Part shown: positions 1 through 7,004 of the stretch, piece after piece
Layout: every line of letters starts with the position of its first letter
Position numbering within the stretch: the first letter of the stretch is position 1
Source of the DNA: Chthonomonadales bacterium
GTDB lineage: Bacteria > Armatimonadota > Chthonomonadetes > Chthonomonadales > Chthonomonadaceae
Assembly: GCA_038217285.1 (NCBI GenBank)
Contig: JBBQPO010000151.1
Span: forward strand, 1-15,177
Direction: 5' to 3'
Length of the DNA stretch: 15,177 bases
Made by a program: the position numbers and the translations under genes
The notes under the pieces: model-generated
What the model saw: the letters and a program-made list of their open reading frames with translations, nothing else
What the model was told of the DNA's origin: nothing
Databases searched by the model: none

Positions 1-73
1 GAATCATGTCGCAGTGGCCCGATCCCATCCCCCCCGTACCGATTACGCCGAAACGTACTTTGCCCGTCGCCAT
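1..73 (-). CDS. Gfo/Idh/MocA-family NAD(P)-dependent oxidoreductase, N-terminal fragment (runs off the window edge)
   Basis: Not in the ORF track. My translation from the ATG at 73-71 is MATGKVRFGVIGTGGMGSGHCDMI..., a Rossmann beta1 plus GxGxxG...H pattern typical of this family. A strong SD (GAAGGAG) lies 7 nt upstream. Confidence 0.8.
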   Translation of the reverse strand, partial: MATGKVRFGVIGTGGMGSGHCDMI

Positions 74-158
74 GCCCTATCTCCTTCCTCGCCCTCGAGT
101 GCCGTTGGTTACCTTGGAAATAGGTTCGGCGTTTACGCTGCCTTTCCCTGCCTGACCG

Positions 159-184
159 TGAAACCGGAAGGAAAACCGGGCGTC
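159..184 (+). promoter_or_regulatory. Putative ECF sigma-factor promoter (TGAAAC-N16-CGTC)
   Basis: TGAAAC at 159-164, a 16-nt spacer and CGTC at 181-184 match the B. subtilis SigM/SigW/SigX-type consensus. It sits about 40 nt upstream of the deacetylase gene. Confidence 0.5.
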
Positions 185-226
185 AAAAGGGAATGAGGGT
201 TCGAATGATAACGCCCTTTATGGGTC

Positions 227-1279
227 ATGAACAGAGGAAGTATGCAAACCAACCGAAGACGATTCTATGTTGCGGGCGCGCTCGCGCTCACGACATTTCT
301 GGGCTGCCATCGCGGCGGGGCATCTAACGGTGCCGTCGATGCGGTCGCCCTTACCCCGACGCAGAAAGCGAAACCGACCAGGCCGCCCGTGAGCATCGAG
401 GAGTTACAAAAAGCTAAAGTCAACGAGGCTGGGGTAGTTCCAATCCTGGAGTATCACGATGTCCTGCCGAAAGAACGCAGCATGGTGCGCAGCATCGACA
501 ACTTCAAACACGACCTGCAGCGCCTCTACGACGAAGGTTATCGCCCGGTTCTGCTCCGCAGCGTTCTGGATAATAAGATCGATCTGCCGATGGGCATGGC
601 CCCGGTGGTCTTTACCTTCGACGACGCGCGCAACAGTCAGTTCCGATATCTGCCGAACGGCGACATCGATCCAGCCTGCGTCATTGGGATATGGCAGGCG
701 TTCGCGAAGACGCATCCGGATTTTCCGATCAAAGCGACGTTTTATGTGCTGCCGGACGTCGGGTTTTGCGGGACCGACACCGCCGTAAAGAAGATGAAAG
801 CCCTCCTCACATTGGGCTGCGAAATCGGCAATCATACGGTGTCGCATCGGGCGCTTTCGAAACTCTCGGACGCCGAAGTGCAGAAAGAACTGGGGGACTG
901 TGTCGCAAAGATAGAGAAGCTTGCGCCGGGAACAAAAGTGGACACGGTAGCGCTCCCGATGGGCATCTCACCGAAAAACAGGAAGCTTCTCGCAGCCGGA
1001 ACGGGCAACGGTCAGGCGTATGCGAACCGGGCGGTCCTGCTCGTGGGCGCGAATCCGGCCCCAGCGCCGATCTCGAAGCGGTTCAATCCGATGCGCCTGC
1101 CGCGTATCCAGGCCTGCGAACAGGACAGCGGCAGCACCTTCTGGCTCGACCGGATCAAGCATGGAGAGATGGGCCGCTACGTCAGCGATGGCGACCCGAA
1201 CACGACGACGATCCCCTCTTCCCTGGAGAAGAAGTGCGATAAGTCGCACCTGAACGGCGCGACCCTGCGCGTCTACTGA
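227..1279 (+). CDS. Polysaccharide (possibly peptidoglycan) deacetylase, NodB/CE4 family, probable lipoprotein
   Basis: CE4 motif 1 (TFDD), metal-binding motif 2 (EIGNHTVSH) and an N-terminal PILEYH. The signal peptide has RRRFY, a hydrophobic stretch and lipobox FLGC. Alternative start ATG at 242. The 3' end overlaps the convergent argH by 7 nt. Confidence 0.88.
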   Translation: MNRGSMQTNRRRFYVAGALALTTFLGCHRGGASNGAVDAVALTPTQKAKPTRPPVSIEELQKAKVNEAGVVPILEYHDVLPKERSMVRSIDNFKHDLQRLYDEGYRPVLLRSVLDNKIDLPMGMAPVVFTFDDARNSQFRYLPNGDIDPACVIGIWQAFAKTHPDFPIKATFYVLPDVGFCGTDTAVKKMKALLTLGCEIGNHTVSHRALSKLSDAEVQKELGDCVAKIEKLAPGTKVDTVALPMGISPKNRKLLAAGTGNGQAYANRAVLLVGANPAPAPISKRFNPMRLPRIQACEQDSGSTFWLDRIKHGEMGRYVSDGDPNTTTIPSSLEKKCDKSHLNGATLRVY

Positions 1280-2673
1280 GGCGCACTTTGGTTATCGAAC
1301 CGCTCCCGTGCCTTGTCCAGTTGAACACGGACAGCGCTGGGAGCGGTTCCGCCCTGTGAGGTTCTGGCGGCGACACAGGACTGCACTGTCAGGACGGCCA
1401 GGGCTGCCTTCGTATTCTGCTCCAAGAGGGGCGAGAAAGCGGCCAGGGTCGCCCCGTCCAGATCTTCCAGCCCGATTTTCCGCTCCGTACAGTGCTGAAC
1501 GACCTTGCCGACGATGTGATGCGCTTCGCGAAACGGAAGGCCCTGCCGCACCAGATAGTCGGCAAGATCTGTTGCCGTCGAGAAGTCGCCTTGTGTGGCC
1601 GCGAGCATGCGGTCTGCGCGGAATCGGGCCGTCTCCAGGGTCTTACGCATCGCGGGGATCACGAGGAAGAGCGTGTCGATGGCGTCGAACAGCGGCTCCT
1701 TATCCTCCTGCATATCCTTGTTGTAGGCGAGAGGCAGACCCTTCATCAGGGTCAGCAGGCTCATCAGGTCGCCGTAGACCCGGCCGGTCTTGCCTCGGGC
1801 CAGTTCCGCGACATCCGGGTTCTTCTTCTGCGGCATGATGCTGCTGCCCGTCGTCACCGAGTCGTGCAGCGTGATCCAGCCGAACTCCGGCGCGTTCCAG
1901 AGGATGATCTCTTCCGCCAGTCGGGAGAGGTGCATCATGGTAATGGCGGCAAAGGCCAGGAACTCGATGGCGAAGTCCCGATCCGAGACTGCGTCGAGGC
2001 TGTTGGGAATTACGGAGGCGAAGTCGAGGGCCCTGCCGACCTGCTCACGATCGATGGGAAATCCGGTTCCTGCGAGCGCGCCTGCGCCGAGCGGCAGGCG
2101 GTTGATGCGGCGGCGGGTATCGGCGAGGCGTTCCCGGTCCCGATCCAGCATCCAGAAATAGGCGAGCAGATGATGCGCCAGTACGACCGGCTGTGCGTGC
2201 TGGAGATGCGTGAAACCGGGCAGGACTGTCTCCGTCTCGTTTTCGGCATGATCGAGCAGCGCCTGCTGCAGCGTCGCCAGTTCCAGATCGGTCCGGTCAC
2301 AGACTTCGCGCAGATAGAGGCGAATATCGGTCGCGATCTGATCGTTGCGGCTGCGGGCTGTGTGGAGCCTTCCGGCCACCGGGCCTAAGCGCTCCCGCAA
2401 GAGCCCTTCGACGGCGGTATGCACGTCTTCCGCGTCGGGAGGCAGTTCGACCGTTCCGGCAGCAAGATCCGTTTCCAGCGCCTTCAGCCCGGCAACAAGC
2501 TCGTCCGCCTTGGCCTGGGAGACGATCCCGGTCGTGCCGAGCATGGCGGCATGCGCGATGCTGCCCTGAATATCGTGTCGCCAGAGCCGCGCATCGAAAC
2601 GGAGCGAGTTGTTCAGCCGCTCGATGAGCGCATCCGTCGGCTCGTCAAAATGCCCGCCCCAGAGCTTAAGCAT
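1273..2673 (-). CDS. argH: Argininosuccinate lyase
   Basis: N-terminal KLWGG.F, HTARSRNDQ, GFTHLQHAQP, the fumarate-lyase signature GSSIMPQKKNPD and YNKDMQEDKE. Confidence 0.98.
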   Translation of the reverse strand: MLKLWGGHFDEPTDALIERLNNSLRFDARLWRHDIQGSIAHAAMLGTTGIVSQAKADELVAGLKALETDLAAGTVELPPDAEDVHTAVEGLLRERLGPVAGRLHTARSRNDQIATDIRLYLREVCDRTDLELATLQQALLDHAENETETVLPGFTHLQHAQPVVLAHHLLAYFWMLDRDRERLADTRRRINRLPLGAGALAGTGFPIDREQVGRALDFASVIPNSLDAVSDRDFAIEFLAFAAITMMHLSRLAEEIILWNAPEFGWITLHDSVTTGSSIMPQKKNPDVAELARGKTGRVYGDLMSLLTLMKGLPLAYNKDMQEDKEPLFDAIDTLFLVIPAMRKTLETARFRADRMLAATQGDFSTATDLADYLVRQGLPFREAHHIVGKVVQHCTERKIGLEDLDGATLAAFSPLLEQNTKAALAVLTVQSCVAARTSQGGTAPSAVRVQLDKARERFDNQSAPQ

Positions 2674-3952
2674 CGGTGCCCTGCTTCGTCTCGCCGCCGA
2701 TCAGCATCGGCTCGTCCCGCGCGCCGCCGAGAATTTTGCCCTGCTGTTTGAGCTGCCAGTAGAGTTTGGACTGCATTCCGTGCGTCTTCACCATGCCGAG
2801 CGAGTCGGCCTGGTTGAAGGTTTTGCTGTCGAACGAGGCCAGATCTTCATTGTAGAGCGCCGCTTCACTGCTTCGGCCGATCACCACGGCGCTGCCCTTG
2901 TTGAGCCGCATGATGACGGTGCCGGTGACCCTGTGTTGGACGCGGTTGATGAACGCCTCCAGATCCTCGCGCAGCGGGTCGAGCCACAGACCCTTGTAGG
3001 CCAGTTCACCCCACTCCCGATCTACCAAGGACTTGAACTTGAGCTCTCCTGCTGTGCAGACCAGGGCCTCCAGCGCCCGGTGCGCCGCGATCAGCACCAC
3101 AGCTGCGGGGCACTCATAGTTTTCGCGCACTTTTAGCCCCATCATGCGGTCTTCCATGATGTCGATGCGTCCTACCCCGTGTTCGCCGGCGATCTTGTTC
3201 AGTTCCACCACGAGTTCGAGGCTCGCGAGGCGCTCGCCGTCGAGGGAGACCGGAACGCCGTTCTCAAAGCCGATGTGGAGGGTGCGCGGCGCATCCGGGC
3301 AGTCGGCAATACTGCGCGTCCAGTGGAAGATCTCTTCCGGCGGCGCGTAGTCGGGCTCTTCGAGGCGTCCGCCCTCGATGCTGCGTCCCCAGACGTTCTC
3401 ATCCACGCTCCAGATCTTGTCCTTCGTCTGCGGGATGTCGAGGCCGTGCGCGTTGGCATATTCGATCTCTTCGCTGCGCGTCCAGGTGTCGCGCGTGCCG
3501 TCGGGCAGGCGACGACCTTCGCGCATCGGCGCGATGATCTCGGCGTCCGGCAGGAGCGTCCGCATGATATACTCGATGCGGAACTGATCGTTGCCCTTGC
3601 CGGTGCAGCCGTGCCCGAACGCGTTCACGCCGAGCTCCTTGGCTTTTTCGACCGCCTTCAACGCGATCAGCGGTCGGGCGATGCTGGTTGAGATCGGATA
3701 GCCTTGATAGTCGCCATTGGCGCGCACGGCAGGCCAGCAGAAATGCTCGACGAACATCTCCTTTGCGTCCACCGTGTAGTGCTCGGTCCCGAGCCGCACG
3801 GCGCGCTCCTCGGCGAGCTTGATGTCGTCAGCAGGCTGCCCGACATCGACAGTCACCGTGATTACGTGGTCAAATCCGTACTCCTCCCGCATCAGCGGTA
3901 TGCAGACGGAGGTATCCAGTCCGCCGGAGTACACCAGAACGATCTTCTTCAT
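2666..3952 (-). CDS. argG: Argininosuccinate synthase
   Basis: YSGGLDTS PP-loop, HGCTGKGNDQ.R and K.RE.YE.P motifs. Overlaps the argH start by 8 nt. Confidence 0.98.
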   Translation of the reverse strand: MKKIVLVYSGGLDTSVCIPLMREEYGFDHVITVTVDVGQPADDIKLAEERAVRLGTEHYTVDAKEMFVEHFCWPAVRANGDYQGYPISTSIARPLIALKAVEKAKELGVNAFGHGCTGKGNDQFRIEYIMRTLLPDAEIIAPMREGRRLPDGTRDTWTRSEEIEYANAHGLDIPQTKDKIWSVDENVWGRSIEGGRLEEPDYAPPEEIFHWTRSIADCPDAPRTLHIGFENGVPVSLDGERLASLELVVELNKIAGEHGVGRIDIMEDRMMGLKVRENYECPAAVVLIAAHRALEALVCTAGELKFKSLVDREWGELAYKGLWLDPLREDLEAFINRVQHRVTGTVIMRLNKGSAVVIGRSSEAALYNEDLASFDSKTFNQADSLGMVKTHGMQSKLYWQLKQQGKILGGARDEPMLIGGETKQGTDA

Positions 3953-3988
3953 CTTATCGAATGTCCTTAAATTTTATTGTTGACCGCG

Positions 3989-5473
3989 TCAGAGCCCGAC
4001 CATCAGGGCGACGAGCGCTTTCTGCGTATGGAGCCTATTTTCCGCCTGATTCAGGATCACCTCTTTGTGGGCCTCCATCACCTCCGTGGTGATCTCTTCC
4101 TCACGATGGGCCGGCAGACAGTGCAGAACGATCGCGTCCGGTTTGGCGTGCGCCATCAGCGCGGCGTTGACCTGATAGGGCGCGAAGATCGCCAACCGCT
4201 GCGCCTTCTCCTCTTCCTGTCCCATGCTGGTCCAGACGTCGGTATAGACGACATCGGCGTCCTTCACAGCCACAACGGGGTCTGTCACGACCGCGATTAT
4301 GGCTCCTGTCCCATTCTCCCCTGCCCCGATTCGCTGCGCCTCGGCCACGTACTCCGCCGCAGGTTCGTAACCGGTCGGGCAGGCGGCAGTTAAGTTTACC
4401 CCGACTTTGGCGCAGGCAAGCAGCAGCGCATGCAGCACATTGTTCCCATCCCCGACGTAGGCCAATTTGAGGTGATTGCCAAGCTTGCCTTTGGATTCAA
4501 TGATCGTGAGCAGATCGGCAAACGCCTGGAGAGGATGCTCCCGGTCGCTCAACGCGTTGATCACAGGAACCGTTGCGGCTGCCGCCAACTCCTCCACCGT
4601 TTCGTGCTTGAAGGTCCGCGCCGCGATGGCATCGACCCATCGCGACAGTCCCCCTGCCACGTCCGACACTGACTCCCGTACTCCTAATCCGACATCGCCA
4701 GGAGCAAGATAAATCGCATGGCCTGCCAGATGCGCCATACCCGCCTCGAAACTCACACGCGTTCGCAGCGAAGGCTTTTCGAACAGCAGGGCCAGCGTTT
4801 TCGGATGCGCAAAGTAGACGAACTTATCGTTTCGCTTTAGCGCCTTAAACCGGGCGGCAACTCCCAGCACTGCCATCACCTGTTCCGACGAGACGTCGAA
4901 CAGCGAAACGAGCGAGCGACCGCGCCATTTATCCATATCATCCTGGATCATGGATTTCAAGACCAATTCGCCTGCTGCATGCGATGCAGCCTCAGCACCG
5001 GCGGGTTGCCGCACACCCTCGCGTATCGAACTTCCGGCATCGCCGTCCTGCAGCGCCATAACCTCACGCCGAGTCCTCTCCAGCTCCACGCCGAGTTTCG
5101 CCAGCACACGTCCTGCCAGACCCTCGCCCTCGCGGATCAGGCCGAGCAGAATGTGCTCCGTTCCGATATAGTTGTTGCTCAGTTGTCGCGCTTCGTCGTA
5201 AGCCAGATCGATGATGCGCTTGGCGCGAGGCGTGAGCTGCATATCCTGGCCTATGCGTCCGTCTCCACGTGCCACTTGACGCTCGATCTCTGTGCGAATG
5301 CGGCCTAGAGAGATGCCCATTCCATCCAAAATACGAGCGGCCACGCTATCGTTCTCGCGTACCAGTCCGAGGAGCAGATGTTCGGTGGAGACATAGTTCT
5401 CCCCAAGCCTTCCGGCCTCTTCCTGGGCGAAGAATACGACGCGCCGTGCTCTCTCTGTAAATCGTTGCCACAT
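3989..5473 (-). CDS. argF: Fusion protein: ClpC-type N-terminal domain (two Clp_N repeats, aa ~1-143), linker, ornithine carbamoyltransferase (aa ~183-494)
   Basis: Single uninterrupted ORF with SD GGAGG upstream. The N-terminus has RFTERAR, STEHLLLGL, LTPRAK and GTEHILLGLIREGEG (Clp_N x2). The C-terminus has FEKPSLRTRVSFE, HPLQAFAD, DVWTSMGQE, HCLP and QAENRLH (OTC). Confidence 0.95.
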   Translation of the reverse strand: MWQRFTERARRVVFFAQEEAGRLGENYVSTEHLLLGLVRENDSVAARILDGMGISLGRIRTEIERQVARGDGRIGQDMQLTPRAKRIIDLAYDEARQLSNNYIGTEHILLGLIREGEGLAGRVLAKLGVELERTRREVMALQDGDAGSSIREGVRQPAGAEAASHAAGELVLKSMIQDDMDKWRGRSLVSLFDVSSEQVMAVLGVAARFKALKRNDKFVYFAHPKTLALLFEKPSLRTRVSFEAGMAHLAGHAIYLAPGDVGLGVRESVSDVAGGLSRWVDAIAARTFKHETVEELAAAATVPVINALSDREHPLQAFADLLTIIESKGKLGNHLKLAYVGDGNNVLHALLLACAKVGVNLTAACPTGYEPAAEYVAEAQRIGAGENGTGAIIAVVTDPVVAVKDADVVYTDVWTSMGQEEEKAQRLAIFAPYQVNAALMAHAKPDAIVLHCLPAHREEEITTEVMEAHKEVILNQAENRLHTQKALVALMVGL

Positions 5474-5561
5474 GGTTCCTGTCCTCCGTCCTGTCGTCAG
5501 CGTCGCGGCCCACCGTGCTTCAGAACACGACTAAGTAGTCGGTCATAGTTCCTTCGTACTT

Positions 5562-5674
5562 TTCCCGGCAATGAATTGCCGTTCTGAGAGGGTAAACCCG
5601 CCTTCGCGGGTTGGTTGCATTCAGTCCGCGAAGGCGGACTTGCCGTTTCAGCGCGGGGTTTCAACCCCGTGAAC
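5562..5674. repeat. 113-bp REP-doublet (REPIN-like) palindromic element, copy 1
   Basis: Four hairpins: CGGCAAT/ATTGCCG, AACCCGC/GCGGGTT, AGTCCGC/GCGGACT and CGGGGTT/AACCCCG. By hand alignment it is 98/113 identical, without gaps, to the reverse complement of 13516-13628. Confidence 0.9.
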
Positions 5675-5693
5675 GCAATCTACGAACAAACTA

Positions 5694-6938
5694 TCAGCCA
5701 CTATTAAGCGCCTGTTCAATAGTTGTCACGACTCGATCGCAGTCGGCATTGGTGACGACGAGCGGTGGGACGAAACGCAGGACGCTGTCGCTGGTCGCAT
5801 TGGCGACGATGCCGGCTTCCATCAGATATTTATGAACCGCCTTCGCGTCCGGTGTGCTGAGCTGTAAGCCGACCATTAGCCCACGTCCTCGCACCTCTTT
5901 GATCCGATCCGGCAACGCGTTCTGCAACTCCTGCAGGCGCGCCTTGAAGTAGCCGCCGACTTCGGCGGCGCGCTCCATCAAATGCTCCTCCTCCATCACG
6001 TCCAGCGTGGCGAGCGCGGCGGCGCAGGCGAGCGGTTGTCCGGCGAAGGTCGATCCGTGGTCGCCGGGAACGAGTGTGTTCGCAGCCGAACCCCTGGCGA
6101 GGCAGGCGCCCATCGGAAAGCCGTCGGCGATCCCTTTCGCCAGGGTGACGATGTCGCCCTGCACTCCGACGCACTGACTGGCGAGAAAATGGCCGGTACG
6201 GCCCATGCCGCACTGAATCTCGTCGAGGATCAACAGAACTTCAGCCTCATCACATAGGGCGCGCACGCCTGCCAGAAACTCGGGAGTCGCGGGATTGATG
6301 CCGCTTTCGCCCTGCAACGGCTCGATCATGACCGCGCAGGTCTTCTCCGTTATCAGTTCGTCCAGCGCCGCCAGGTCGTTGAGGGGCGCGTAGTGAAAGC
6401 CGGGAACCAGCGGCGCGAACGGGGCCTGATACTTCGGCTGCGCGGTCGCCGAGACCGCTCCCATCGTTCGGCCATGAAACGAGCCTGTAAACGTGATGAT
6501 CTCGAAGCAGTCCACGCCGCGCTTCTGCTTGCCCCACTTCCGCGCGATCTTCAGCGCGGCCTCGTTCGCCTCCGCACCGGAGTTGCAGAAGAACACCTTG
6601 TCCATATCCGCCAGTTTGCACAGTCGTTCCGCCAGTTTGGCTGCCAGCGGATTATGAAAGAGATTGCTGATGTGCATGAGCCGGTGCGCCTGTTCCGCGA
6701 TGGCTCCCGCCACCCTGGGATGGCAGTGCCCAACCCCGACCACGGCGATGCCCGATAGGAAATCGAGATACTCACGCCCCTCACTGTCCCACAGACGCGC
6801 TCCTTCCCCGCGCACGAACACGACAGGCTGACGGGCGTACGTTCCCATGATATAGTCACGGTCCAGCGCCATGATCGTTTCGGCGGCATTGGGCAGGGCC
6901 AGGAGGGCATCCTCTTCTTCCAGGAGGTAGGTACTCAT
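5694..6938 (-). CDS. argD: Acetylornithine aminotransferase (class III PLP-dependent)
   Basis: FFCNSGAEANEAALK, SFHGRT, EPLQGESG, LILDEIQCGMGRTG and the PLP lysine in TLAKG, plus arg operon context. Confidence 0.95.
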   Translation of the reverse strand: MSTYLLEEEDALLALPNAAETIMALDRDYIMGTYARQPVVFVRGEGARLWDSEGREYLDFLSGIAVVGVGHCHPRVAGAIAEQAHRLMHISNLFHNPLAAKLAERLCKLADMDKVFFCNSGAEANEAALKIARKWGKQKRGVDCFEIITFTGSFHGRTMGAVSATAQPKYQAPFAPLVPGFHYAPLNDLAALDELITEKTCAVMIEPLQGESGINPATPEFLAGVRALCDEAEVLLILDEIQCGMGRTGHFLASQCVGVQGDIVTLAKGIADGFPMGACLARGSAANTLVPGDHGSTFAGQPLACAAALATLDVMEEEHLMERAAEVGGYFKARLQELQNALPDRIKEVRGRGLMVGLQLSTPDAKAVHKYLMEAGIVANATSDSVLRFVPPLVVTNADCDRVVTTIEQALNSG

Positions 6939-6959
6939 ATTCGTTTCCTCTTCGTTCCA

Positions 6960-6992
6960 GTAGAGGTCGGCGCAGACAGAGACGCGCCGACC
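6960..6992. other. Intergenic hairpin (9-bp stem) preceded by GTAG; REP-like or RNA-stability element
   Basis: GGTCGGCGC (6965-6973) pairs with GCGCCGACC (6984-6992) around a 10-nt loop. GTAG is at 6960-6963. There is no U-tract on the sense strand. Confidence 0.45.
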
Positions 6993-7004
6993 AGGGTCTT
7001 ACGC

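Noticed and set aside
14-196. 60-aa plus-strand ORF
   Set aside because: It overlaps the better-supported minus-strand oxidoreductase start and the intergenic promoter region.
4760-4771. SLRT instead of STRT in the carbamoyl-phosphate motif as a sign of a non-OTC transcarbamylase
   Set aside because: SxRT is the general consensus, and the ornithine-binding DxxxSMG and HCLP motifs are canonical for OTC.
5562-5674. CRISPR array, tRNA or riboswitch interpretation of the repeat
   Set aside because: No repeat-spacer periodicity and no T-loop or CCA features. The two copies lie in opposite orientations relative to transcription, which argues against a cis-acting riboswitch.
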